Below are positions 39,606 through 50,400 of a stretch of 64,000 nucleotides of DNA, in pieces. The position numbers and the translations under genes were made by a program. Source of the stretch: a bacterium (lineage in GTDB: Bacteria; Electryoneota; JAOADG01); the NCBI GenBank assembly GCA_963681965.1, contig OY820579.1, positions 896,001 to 960,000 on the forward strand, given 5' to 3'. Position 1 is the stretch's first letter. The number at the start of each line of letters is the position of its first letter. The notes beneath the pieces are model-generated. The model was not told where the DNA came from. It saw only the letters and a program-made list of their open reading frames with translations, and searched no databases.

Positions 39606-40886
39606 TCAGATGATTGTACCATCGGGAATCGTCGCCCCTTTTTCGATTACGACAATCCCGTCTCGCACATACCACCCTTCGCCATCGTCCGTTTCGCCGA
39701 TACTGCGGCGGCGAATCTTGACATTCTTACCGACGCGGGCATTCTTATCGATGATTGCTTCCTCGATCATGCAATTTTGTCCGATGCCCATATCGGGTCG
39801 ATTCGCTTCGCGATTCTGTTCGCGATCGGCATCCGACTCGTATTCGTCGGCGCCCATCATCACAACGCGTTGCAGTCGGGTACCGCTGTCGATTCGTGAT
39901 CGAATCCCGATCAGACAATCGCGGAGTTGTACACCATCGAGAATACACCCTTCGGTAATCACTGAACGCTGTGCCGTCACTTGATTGATCTTCGAGTAGG
40001 GAAGAAAGCGTGGACGGGTGAACAAGCGATTTTTGGGATCGAATAAATCGAATTTCGGAATTGGTTGAGCTAAATCCAGATTGGCTTCGAAAAAGCTCCG
40101 GATTGTTCCGATGTCTTCCCAATAATCGTTGAAGACGTGCGTTTTGACATTGAATTGTCGAATCGAACCGGGAATGACTTCACGTCCAAAATCCAGTTTC
40201 GATCCATCAGCCAGCGATTTTTCCAGTACATCGCTGTTGAACACATAAATACCCATCGACGCGAGATAGGGTCGGTGTTTCCAATCGATGCGCGAATCCG
40301 TTGGAATCGGTTTCGGGACACGGAGCGATGGATACAGCGCAAGATCTTTCGGTTTCTCGAAGAAATCCAGTACTTTCCCATGTTCATCGATTTTGAAGAT
40401 GCCGAGTTCCGGCACCTTTTCCTCTTCCACGGGAATTGCCGCAATTGTCACTTGCGCACCACTTTCGCGATGATTCTCGATCATCTCGCGATAGTCCATC
40501 CGATAAATATGGTCGCCACTCAAAATCAGGGTTTCGCGGCTGCGATACGGACGTAAATGCTTTAACGATTTTCGAACCGCGTCGGCAGTTCCTTGAAACC
40601 AAGCGTTGCTGTCGGGAGTCTGTTCGGCGGCTATAATATCGACAAATCCGTCGCGAAACGAGTCCAGCGAGAAACCGTGATGAATATGGCGATTGAGCGA
40701 CGCGCTATTGAATTGTGTGAGGATGAAGATCCGGTGGAGACCGCTGTTCAGACAGTTTGAAATAGGAATATCAATCAACCGGTATTTTCCACCGATTGGT
40801 ACTGCCGGCTTCGAACGGTGCTTGGTTAATGGGTATAACCGCGTACCGGCGCCGCCGCCAAGGATAACTGTCAGAACATCGTGCAT
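39606..40886 (-). CDS. glgC: Glucose-1-phosphate adenylyltransferase
   Basis: [44 protein letters not shown] and WEDIGT. Confidence 0.96.
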   Translation of the reverse strand: MHDVLTVILGGGAGTRLYPLTKHRSKPAVPIGGKYRLIDIPISNCLNSGLHRIFILTQFNSASLNRHIHHGFSLDSFRDGFVDIIAAEQTPDSNAWFQGTADAVRKSLKHLRPYRSRETLILSGDHIYRMDYREMIENHRESGAQVTIAAIPVEEEKVPELGIFKIDEHGKVLDFFEKPKDLALYPSLRVPKPIPTDSRIDWKHRPYLASMGIYVFNSDVLEKSLADGSKLDFGREVIPGSIRQFNVKTHVFNDYWEDIGTIRSFFEANLDLAQPIPKFDLFDPKNRLFTRPRFLPYSKINQVTAQRSVITEGCILDGVQLRDCLIGIRSRIDSGTRLQRVVMMGADEYESDADREQNREANRPDMGIGQNCMIEEAIIDKNARVGKNVKIRRRSIGETDDGEGWYVRDGIVVIEKGATIPDGTII

Positions 40887-41048
40887 AGCCGTTTCCTTTC
40901 TACTGGATTGTTAACTGCGAAGTCGCACGTGGAATCCGGTAAACAGCAAGGCGAATTGGTAACGATTGGTTCCACTACCGAAATACGGCAATACAAAGAA
41001 TATAACCATTTCCTCCGATTATTTCCTCTGGTAGATGTTACACGAATC

Positions 41049-41076
41049 AAAAAGGGCGGACGAAACCGTCCGCCCT
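41049..41076 (-). terminator. Intrinsic terminator
   Basis: Minus strand reads AGGGCGGACG-GTTT-CGTCCGCCCT-TTTT. Confidence 0.7.
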
Positions 41077-41100
41077 AAAAAATGTTGTTTTAGGGTAAAA

Positions 41101-43644
41101 CTACTTCACCAGTACGATCTTCCGAGCGGCATTGAACGATCCGGCGTGCATCCTGACAAAATAGACCCCGCTGGACAACCGCGTTCCGTTGACGGTCGCA
41201 GTATAGGTGCCCGCTTTCATTTCGCCTTCCGCCAGTTTCGTGACCTGCTGACCCATCATGTTGAAGAGTGCGACACTAACTTTTGCCCGATAGGGTACCG
41301 CAAATTTGATTTCGGTTGTCGGGTTGAATGGATTGGGATAGGCATCATAGAGTGCAAAGTTGCCCGGCATCGTTGCCGTAACAATTTCCTTCACGTCGGT
41401 ACCGCGAGTTGTTAGCACGTGAATTCGGAATGCCATAATATTGGAATCGGTCAGTGCGATTCCAGTGTAATGATAGCTATGAGATCGAATATACGGCTCG
41501 TCGAAATTGTGTCCGACAATCATCAGAGTATCGGTGGTCGAACTGCGTTCGATCGACACATAGAAATTACCCCAATGATTAACGATCGGGTCGGTGAGTG
41601 TGCAAGTATACCAGTTCGATAAAGTCGAATCGCGCGGTACTGCGATGTCTTGAGTTCGAATCACCGCACCGGGCTGACCATTGAGATCTTCGTATACTTT
41701 AATGGTTGCTGATCGGGTTTCACCAACCGGAATTTCCGGGCGACCGTTGAACTGCATCCGCACAGCGGTAATGGTCAATGTCGAAGTAATCGAATCCGAC
41801 ATCGGTGTGAAGCGCACGATCGGATAATTGGTCGAGGTGATATTCCATGCGTGTGTGAACCGGCGCGAATCGTAGCCGAGTTCGTATGTATTAGTCGCAC
41901 GTACCGTAACGGAGTCATGAATTAAGAGTTGTGAGTTGTAGAAACTGGTTGAATCGTTCCCATGGGTCGTGTCGTCGGTAACACCCGCTAGATATGCGTC
42001 TACCATAAAGTTACCGGCAGCGGTCGGGGTCCAGCCCAAAGCATTCCGACCAGTGGAGCCGGTGCGTAATGTGATTACGGTATCGAGATTGATACGGAGC
42101 GCTGGAACGGTGATTGCCGGGAACATGGCGCGATTGCGTCGCCAATAAAATCCGACATCGGTTTCGGGCATGCGTCCGTTATTCAACATATGAATCGATC
42201 CACGCGTCAGGAAACCTACTGTGGTTGGATAGGGCAGGAACATTTTCGCTAACCCAACTTCGTGATCGGGTTGGTTGGACGAATAGAAGAAGATGTCGTC
42301 CAGATGCATTCCCGTACCTTGATCGCCATTGTGAAAATCGCCGTAGACGATAAAGCGGATTTGAATGGTGTCGCCAGACCACGGTGTCAGATCCATTTGA
42401 TCGTTAGGAGAAGTGTTATTGGTCGGGAACGGATCGCCTGCCACGTAAGTGTGCCAGCGTTCGCCACCGTAATAGGAACGGCGGTAGTCGTGATGTTGAT
42501 ACGTCCATCCACTGTCCGGATGAGTGTCTTTGATTTGAACGCGGTAATAATGTCGGAGCGAATTTTCCGAGCCGGGGATATTCGGATCGTTGATGACCGA
42601 ATCCATCAGATCGCAAAATACGTTATACTGCCAATAATGGCGGCTTCCCGATGGAAGGAAAATCGGCGGCGATGTCAACGCACAATACGGACCGTCGTGA
42701 TTTTCTTCGATCATTACGCAATGTGTCGGTGAGTGCCCGGCACTATCGTCGGTAGCAACGTGAAATACGGTTTGTGAAACGGCACCATTGACCGGAGTAA
42801 AATCTGCCGGAATGGCAACGTTGTCGCCGTTGTTGTCCAATAAAACCGTAGCGCCATTCGTCACGCGAATCGAGTCGACACATAAACCGAACCATGCGTG
42901 ATTCGCGGTTGTCGTATCGGCTGTACAAGCGCCTGGATCAGAGGCAAAAGTAAATCGGAAACGGAAGTTTGCAACGCGTGCCGCAGTTGGAATTGGTACT
43001 GATACGGAATGCCAACCGACGGAGTTACCGCCCCAACCGCCAATACCGGTACCCATTCCGAAGGAGTACCCAAAAGCATAAGACGATGTCACATTATACA
43101 AGAAGCCTGTTGCACCCGATGTTTGTGTGATCGGGAGAACCGACCAAGTAAGACCGCTATCGATCGAGTACCAGACGTTGGAAGCATCCCATCCGTCGTA
43201 ACCGGGAATATCGACCCCTTCCGGTGGCTCGGAATTTTGATTGATCTGGAACGATAACACTGGATTGGATAGACCGGAAAGGTTGAGAACCGGTGAAACA
43301 AGATGTTCCATGTGTTCATCGAAATAGCCGCCGTTGGGAAAGTGAACGGTATCGCCGGCATTCCATGATCGACCAGTATTGCCCAAGGCATTGCGACGAT
43401 CCTTGTGAAAATTTGGCAAACTGTCGGTAAAGTTCGTCACAGTCCAGCCTTGTAAGCCTGTTTCGAAGTTGAAGTTCGCGACTGTATCGACATTAATTTC
43501 ATCGGAAGCGGAAACCGGTGTTCCGTTTCGATACATTGCCGGTACCGAATGGAAAGTTTCCATTTTCAATGACGGTTCAAATTGCGAAGCTGCTAGCACG
43601 GTTCCCACGAACGCTAGGATCGCAATGAATACCCATGATTTCAT
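41101..43644 (-). CDS. T9SS cargo with multiple beta-sandwich domains (MAM/immune-inhibitor-A-like jelly rolls)
   Basis: Signal peptide; NFETG..GW, LVSP..L, FRFRF.SD and IRF..D..G.HLDD; C-terminal AYPNPFNPTT..LSSGVYF..KIVLVK. Confidence 0.85.
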   Translation of the reverse strand: MKSWVFIAILAFVGTVLAASQFEPSLKMETFHSVPAMYRNGTPVSASDEINVDTVANFNFETGLQGWTVTNFTDSLPNFHKDRRNALGNTGRSWNAGDTVHFPNGGYFDEHMEHLVSPVLNLSGLSNPVLSFQINQNSEPPEGVDIPGYDGWDASNVWYSIDSGLTWSVLPITQTSGATGFLYNVTSSYAFGYSFGMGTGIGGWGGNSVGWHSVSVPIPTAARVANFRFRFTFASDPGACTADTTTANHAWFGLCVDSIRVTNGATVLLDNNGDNVAIPADFTPVNGAVSQTVFHVATDDSAGHSPTHCVMIEENHDGPYCALTSPPIFLPSGSRHYWQYNVFCDLMDSVINDPNIPGSENSLRHYYRVQIKDTHPDSGWTYQHHDYRRSYYGGERWHTYVAGDPFPTNNTSPNDQMDLTPWSGDTIQIRFIVYGDFHNGDQGTGMHLDDIFFYSSNQPDHEVGLAKMFLPYPTTVGFLTRGSIHMLNNGRMPETDVGFYWRRNRAMFPAITVPALRINLDTVITLRTGSTGRNALGWTPTAAGNFMVDAYLAGVTDDTTHGNDSTSFYNSQLLIHDSVTVRATNTYELGYDSRRFTHAWNITSTNYPIVRFTPMSDSITSTLTITAVRMQFNGRPEIPVGETRSATIKVYEDLNGQPGAVIRTQDIAVPRDSTLSNWYTCTLTDPIVNHWGNFYVSIERSSTTDTLMIVGHNFDEPYIRSHSYHYTGIALTDSNIMAFRIHVLTTRGTDVKEIVTATMPGNFALYDAYPNPFNPTTEIKFAVPYRAKVSVALFNMMGQQVTKLAEGEMKAGTYTATVNGTRLSSGVYFVRMHAGSFNAARKIVLVK

Positions 43645-43800
43645 ACACTTATCCTTTCACGAGATCAGACCATCGGGGTACAAAGATAATATCAGATTTG
43701 TTGCAAAAGAGTACATTTTCCAAGGTAGCGTGTTTGTCGAATTACCGCAAGTAAATTGGACGTATTGGGTCATTTTATCCAATTTCAGGATAGTTGGGAC

Positions 43801-43839
43801 AAACAAAAACAGCGCTCCATCAGCGCTGTTTTTGTTTTT
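43801..43839 (-). terminator. Terminator after the sprA-lipoprotein-barrel block
   Basis: AAACAAAAACAGCGCT-CCATC-AGCGCTGTTTTTGTTT. Confidence 0.75.
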
Positions 43840-43852
43840 GAAATTTTCACAA

Positions 43853-45130
43853 TTACAGTAAAACACTGTGTGATAAAGCGATACTGAATCCTTTCGCTGA
43901 ACCAAATATCCCGCGTTCGTACCCACCTGAAAGATCAAGCCGATAACTAGGTAATCGCAATCCAGCACCCAGTTGAATTTCAAAACTAGTAGACCCACCG
44001 AACGAAAAACCACCACGGATGGGGTATTTTTCGAATTTGCCGTACTCGGACCCGAGAGCCAGTTTCATTTTCTTCGAACCGCCAACCATGGTTGCTTCAT
44101 CGTCGAGACCTTGTTCGATACTGCCAACAAACAACCAGTCCTTATTCAACCGATAATCAGCACCAATTAGCAAGTACGGAGGAAGGCGCATGTCGACGGT
44201 ACCATTTTCACTATTGGTACCGCTTTTATAGTTTGCCCAGCGTTCGAAAAATCCTTCTTTTGTCAAACTATCGACCGGAATACCTTTTGAATCGACATTA
44301 AATGAATTGGAACGCACTTTCGCTTTGTCCCAATTAACGCGACCGGAAAGATTCATAATCGACAAAGACCAACCCCAATTGTCATCCTGGCGTGATGCGA
44401 CACCTAAATCGAGGTCGATTCCATCGCCTGATGTAGAATAGGCAGAGACAATATCGCCATGAAGCGAGACGGTATCAGGCTGAACATTGGTAAGGATCGA
44501 ACCGGTGCTCTTGCGAATACCGCCGTAAGCGTGACCGATAATGTATTTTACGGTTAATCCAACAGCGAATTCCTTCGCAAAGTCCATTTCTTCGAACGAT
44601 TTTCCGAACGACAGATTGAGTGCTGTTCCAGCCCAACCGCCGCCTTTTAGATTGGATAAATCGTAACTTACACCGGGTTTGTTTCCGCTGAGTGCAAGTA
44701 CCATGACTTGCTGGGGAATCTCGCCGTTCATTGCCCCGACCGCATCCAATGCTACGACGAAATTACGGTATTGATATGCCGCACCAGTACCGACATCGGC
44801 AGCAAACCGGAAATCGTCGGACATTGCATCGGTAAACGTTTTCCGCTCGGATGCCGTCCAATATCGGTCTTGTTGGAACCAATTAGCGAGTTCGGAGGTT
44901 TTGATCGCATTGTTACCGATGTGATAAACGAAACCGGGCAATTGAATCGACTGATAGGGACCACCACGCAAAGCAAGCAACGCAGGATTGACAAACCGTG
45001 CTTCAGCGCCGCGGATATTTGAAATTCCCGCGCCAGCGGTACCGTTGATCATGCCCGATGGTGGACGCGAAGCGAACACAATTTGAACGACCATGAGTGT
45101 TGCCAGAAGGAGGAGGAAAAGTCGCTTCAT
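43853..45130 (-). CDS. Outer-membrane beta-barrel (DUF5723/FadL-like)
   Basis: Signal peptide, NPALLA motif, GLTVKYIIG, GIDLDLG and amphipathic strands; start overlaps the upstream stop. Confidence 0.7.
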   Translation of the reverse strand: MKRLFLLLLATLMVVQIVFASRPPSGMINGTAGAGISNIRGAEARFVNPALLALRGGPYQSIQLPGFVYHIGNNAIKTSELANWFQQDRYWTASERKTFTDAMSDDFRFAADVGTGAAYQYRNFVVALDAVGAMNGEIPQQVMVLALSGNKPGVSYDLSNLKGGGWAGTALNLSFGKSFEEMDFAKEFAVGLTVKYIIGHAYGGIRKSTGSILTNVQPDTVSLHGDIVSAYSTSGDGIDLDLGVASRQDDNWGWSLSIMNLSGRVNWDKAKVRSNSFNVDSKGIPVDSLTKEGFFERWANYKSGTNSENGTVDMRLPPYLLIGADYRLNKDWLFVGSIEQGLDDEATMVGGSKKMKLALGSEYGKFEKYPIRGGFSFGGSTSFEIQLGAGLRLPSYRLDLSGGYERGIFGSAKGFSIALSHSVLL

Positions 45131-47325
45131 TATTGGACCTCCCCGGTATTTACTACTAGTGTGGCAGCAGTCTTGATCCGTATGAAATCCTGTACGTTGC
45201 CAAAGATTTTCGTCCGAACCGTATCGTGCGTAACGGGATTAATAGAGTCAGTGCCAGCCACCGTACGTAATGGTCTTGTTCCGGTTAATGACAATTTCGC
45301 ACGGGTGTAAAACTGAGGTGCTTTGAAATAATTTACCAGTGAATCGCGGATGATAAACGTTGACGTTTTCGAAACGGGGGAGATGGCTCTGTGTGTCGTA
45401 GGGGATATCTCCGGAGTAGGAATAATATCACTTCCTATCGTTCTCCATCCATTGGTATCAGTTGAGTCTTTACTTATCTGAACCGTTATTGTACCACCGA
45501 TTGGTAAATGATTCTCGCTCTGCACAATTAAGTTGATTTGCTGAAGCGGTCGATCTTGTCCCTCACGACCTTCTGGATCGGGAATTAAGGTCTGTGGATC
45601 CAGCGAGAAATACATCGGTCCTTCAAGAGTGGCGTGTCCCGATACCGCAGCGTTTTCCGAGACCCGCATCCGTCCGGTAGAGGGGATATACTGACGACCG
45701 AGGTAAACTTTACCAGTCGAAACAACCCGCTCGGGAACGATATTCAGGATTCCCTGAACACCGGGAATGCGAACAGAACTAGCCAGTGTCGGGAAATATT
45801 GATTGGTCGTATCCCATGCGGCATTGCGACCATTCGGTGCATAGGCACGAAGGTGATAATCCATTTTAACCGGGATTGTCGAGTCTGCGTCTCCCGTCAC
45901 TCTCGGAGATACAACCAAGTACGCCGATTCCATCCCCAAATTCGTGACGCCGTTGGGGCGATTGGTTACGGTCGTCGTGGTCGAATCGAAATCGAATGTG
46001 ACGGAATAGGGAATACCGTCAAAGTTAGAGAAATACGTCTTTCCTAAGTTGTAGCGAATATCAATGCCGTCGGTTGGTCGGATGCTAGCCATATTCGGTG
46101 CCAGTACTGGATGAGTATAAGCAAGTCCATAAGTCTTGAAGCGTTGAACCGAGTCCGGACTAATTTTAATTTTCGAAAGCTGTAAGTCAATCGAATCGGA
46201 ATACGATGTCAAACGTGGAAGCGAATGCGGAATTTTCCACACGAGCGTGTCATAAACCGTTGGTTGTGACGCTCTTGGCTGGGAAAAATCGCGGAAGACG
46301 ATTTTCAACGAGTCCAACGTTACATCAAGTCGATTAGTGATTGTTAAAAAGATTTTACCACGTTTCACTTCGGCAGCGTAAATCCGGTCGTTAATTCCAG
46401 TTTCAAGGCTGGTATCGGCGCTTGCAACCTGTCTGGGAACTGCTGCACGGGTCTCCGAAACGCGGATTCGATTGGTTATCAATTGAACGTTTATACTGTC
46501 ACGGGAAGTCAAGGTGACCGGGGTTGAACCGGCACGAATTATTCCTTTGCCGCGCAACACCATCATCGAATCAATCCTGGTACCGGACGGAACCTCCATA
46601 TTGATAATGGTATCGCGACCTGCTGCAAGGGTGCGAATAGTGTCGGATACTGCCAATCGGGTCGAGTCTGAGTAGCGAAGTAATTCGAAGTGAATGTTTT
46701 CCATCTTAGTCGGCATATCGTTATTTACGATTGCCATCATCCGACCGGTACCCCACAATAAGTAGGTAAAATAAACAAAATTGGATCCACCACTCTGGTC
46801 GTACTTGTACATAGTATCGATTGCAAGAGATTGATTCGCTGCAATTGTCCGGTTAAGAATACCCATCCGCGAAGGCTTGAAGCTCAATTCACCGCAAAAC
46901 AGCGAATCCAACATGATTGTGCTAATATTATAAGTGAAAGTGCGTGGATCTTGGGCATCCGAACTAAGTTTATCGACAAAGGTTTTCGGTTCGATGTTGC
47001 CGGTGACGTAAAAGACCAGCGAATCATTCAAACTGTAAAACCCGTGATCGTGCGCACTCCTCACGGAATCGATGCGGTAATCGTTGGCGTTCGTGACTTC
47101 TAGGTCGATTAAGTCTTTGAGATAGTAAGTACGTTCGGCAAATGGTATCGTTATCGGAAAATCCCATTTTGGCTTATCCGGAATTTTAAAACAACCGGCT
47201 ATGATCAACGCAAACAGCAAGGTGAAAAGCGCTATCACACCCAATCGTTTGTGATACAATTGTGCCGGTGGATGTGCGTTTTTATCCGGAATAGGATCGG
47301 AATGATTGGGAGTAGATGAAATCAT
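45130..47325 (-). CDS. Large beta-rich lipoprotein
   Basis: Lipobox IAG-C followed by P.WD..I.IP. Confidence 0.75.
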   Translation of the reverse strand: MISSTPNHSDPIPDKNAHPPAQLYHKRLGVIALFTLLFALIIAGCFKIPDKPKWDFPITIPFAERTYYLKDLIDLEVTNANDYRIDSVRSAHDHGFYSLNDSLVFYVTGNIEPKTFVDKLSSDAQDPRTFTYNISTIMLDSLFCGELSFKPSRMGILNRTIAANQSLAIDTMYKYDQSGGSNFVYFTYLLWGTGRMMAIVNNDMPTKMENIHFELLRYSDSTRLAVSDTIRTLAAGRDTIINMEVPSGTRIDSMMVLRGKGIIRAGSTPVTLTSRDSINVQLITNRIRVSETRAAVPRQVASADTSLETGINDRIYAAEVKRGKIFLTITNRLDVTLDSLKIVFRDFSQPRASQPTVYDTLVWKIPHSLPRLTSYSDSIDLQLSKIKISPDSVQRFKTYGLAYTHPVLAPNMASIRPTDGIDIRYNLGKTYFSNFDGIPYSVTFDFDSTTTTVTNRPNGVTNLGMESAYLVVSPRVTGDADSTIPVKMDYHLRAYAPNGRNAAWDTTNQYFPTLASSVRIPGVQGILNIVPERVVSTGKVYLGRQYIPSTGRMRVSENAAVSGHATLEGPMYFSLDPQTLIPDPEGREGQDRPLQQINLIVQSENHLPIGGTITVQISKDSTDTNGWRTIGSDIIPTPEISPTTHRAISPVSKTSTFIIRDSLVNYFKAPQFYTRAKLSLTGTRPLRTVAGTDSINPVTHDTVRTKIFGNVQDFIRIKTAATLVVNTGEVQ

Positions 47326-47441
47326 GGAAATTCCTCAACAAGGAGTGGCTCGTACTTGAATCGACACAAATGTATACCCATTGGTTAAATATAGTACGAC
47401 TTTTTTTTTCGTTTCGCTCTGTAAAAAGGAAAAATTTCCAA

Positions 47442-50400
47442 TTATCCCCGAATTTCGATACGGACATTAAACTTGAATGCATTGATTCTAGTGGTTCCGC
47501 CTGATGTGCTCTTGGTCACACCATAGTCGTACTGTACGTACCCGGTGACTGTTCGACTGAAAGTTACAGTGACTTTGGGAGTGAAGGTGTAAGTCGATGT
47601 ATTCAACGTTTCAACGAAACCACCCCATCCCGCTGAGGAATGGTTGTTTTGTTCGGTTGTCGACGATGTCTCGTTGAACCCGACCGATATTTCGGTCTGA
47701 TTTTTGAATCGTTTGCCGTTGAATGGCCAAAACTGGAAGGGAAGCCGGAATCCTTGTTGAAAAGTGTACCCGGTTGCGAGTGCCAACGCTTTTTGGGTCG
47801 TGCGCTGACGACTGACATTTCCAAGGTGCCCGTCGGAGAAATTACTGGTAATCGTGTACCGGGCTGTGGAAGAAATTCCTTTCTTCCATTGAACGTTGAC
47901 ACCGATCAACGGATTCCAATTCGTCGAATAAGCAACGCTGCTTAATGTGTTACGCGACTGTTGTGTCGCAGAGTATGTCGCTAGCGATGATGCTTGATAT
48001 CCATTTTCCAGAGTCACCGTTTGCGTTACTGCTTTCCACGGACCGAGAGTTTCCAGACCCGACCAGCGAATCGAAAAGTTCGGTACATCAATTTCGGTCG
48101 GTACATCATCCCCTTTTTGTAAGAGGAACACACTCTTTTTCAACGATTGACTGGGAGTGATCGAAATATTCTCGGTTCGTAACCATGAATGGTCGAGACT
48201 GATCGAAAAATTGTCCGATAAATGGAAGCCTGATCGAGTCGCATACTCGCGCGTTAAAGTCGCCGTTGGAGCTGTTGGAATTGCCGTTGCAGTGGATACC
48301 GAACCCAATCCCGGAGTGTTGATCAAACCCAACTGGAAGCGATAATCTGCCTGTCCGTCTTTGACAGCGTAGACTTGATAAGTACGCCGTCGACTGACAT
48401 TAACCGAGATGTCGTCGAGTCGATCGACGATAGCCCAAAGGAAATCAAGTTTCGATTTTGGTCTTTTACTGTCATCGGTTTTCGACGTCGAGGTGGAATC
48501 CGATTGATTCGCTCGAGCACGTCCGGGACGGCTTAGGTCGTTGATCGACTGAGTTTGAGTCGGTGTTGAGGCCGTCGGAGTCGACACTGGCGGAGGAACT
48601 ACTGCCGTTTGCGACTTTCCACTCAAATCGATCGGAGTTGTCGTTATCGGGTTGGTTAGAGTTGGATTTTTTGGGTCGAAGGTCGAAGTGTTTTTCGTAT
48701 CGCCCATCGGATTCTTGGTATCGATTGGCGTGATACCGGGCATCGGTGATTGGAATTTGGAAGTATCCATTCCTGGTGCGTTGTCATGCTCAACCGGACG
48801 TGAATACGCGCTGGCGGATCGTCCCAGCAATCGTCCTAAGCGAAGCGTATATACTTGATTGGCACCGCTTGCGGTTTGCACGTTACGACTTGTTGCCGTG
48901 GGTTGTTGCCACGACCACGAATAAGCGGAAGAATAAGTGTAATCAGTTGTCAACCATTCGAAAAGTTGTGGATTCCAACTTGCCGAGACGTTTTGATCGC
49001 GTTGTTTCGCTCGGAAATAGTACCCACCGAATTTTTCGAATACATCGGAACGCGGTTTCGGCAGTTGTTGGACTAGTGAATCGGGCAATGTCGGTTCCGG
49101 GGCTAAAGAATCGGCGCCATGGAACAATGAATCGTTGAGGTCGACGCCGGCAGCAGCATACGCTATCTTAAATCGGTCGCGGGACGATTTTACGGCTTCC
49201 GAAGCGATCGAAAGCGAATAATCGAGATTCATATTCTGAAATAACCGTATTCCGGTAGCATACCGTTTGGTTATTCCAAATGCCCAGGTGGAAGTTGGAA
49301 CGCCACTAGTGATTGCCGAGCCGGTCTGCTCTGAACCGTCGACTCCGAACGATAATCGATTGGGAAGATAGCCGATTTCAGTACTGTCGATTTCACGCAG
49401 GATCGGAATCTTCGATGTCCAACGCAACGGTTTCACGCTGTTGGGAATGTCGATCGGTATGGTCAAATTGAAGCCGCCCGAACGGGTTCGCGACTTATTG
49501 AAAGGTGCCAGCGGACCGGCGTTGTACGATTCCGCGTGATTGTAAGAGATTGTCCAGCGATTGACGAGCCATTTTTCCCACCACTCTTCCGGAGGGGTCG
49601 TGCGCGAGAAATTCGAAACACCGATGGAATATCCCTTTGACAACGTCAACAGCGTATCGGCGTTGCCCTGCCGTTTTTTCAGATCGAGTAGATTCAGGTT
49701 CGTCAAATATCGCCAATAAGGTTTCCATACCGGTTCGCTTTTACCGGTTAAGCGATCAAGTGAGATGTCGCCGTCGTACAAGTAATCGGGTCGGGTAATC
49801 GTCTGGTTGTATGTCATCGTCACTGGAAAATTCAATCCCAACGACTTCGGGATAAATTCGGTTCCCTGAATCGTTGCCGATGCCATACCGGTGAGCGAAG
49901 AACTATGCGATCCACTGCGAACATTCACATTGTGGAAATTCCCGTCAGTTTGCGACATCGACATCGAGAGACCAACGATGTGTGCCATGTCGATGTTGGT
50001 CGAGACCCGGTATGCCGTTCCGGGAGTGCGTTTGACATCGGTTACCCGCAATTCGTCTGCCCAAACTTCCACATTGTCCGTTTCGGCAATATTTCGTCCA
50101 CGGTTTTCGATTGCGACCGCCATAAACGTAATCGTTTTCAAGGTCGGTTGCTGGCTGGGTCGACCGATGACACGTAATTCCGTTCCATCCGGCAAAAGGC
50201 GGGCTTGGGTAGGGTATGCCGTGTCGGTGCGAGCGGTCGTACGTGCCAACCACTCGTATTTCATCGTCGGCAAATCATCGAGATTGATATCGATTTTATT
50301 CCGCTCGTCCCACCCCGGATAGATCCGCTTTGATATTTCGTAATAGGCTCTGGTAGTATCGATACCCATCCGGAGTTTGAAGTATAGTTTGTACTTGTCG

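Noticed and set aside
47401-47409. T9 tract between sprA and the lipoprotein as a phase-variation site
   Set aside because: Intergenic, short, and no evidence of length variation.
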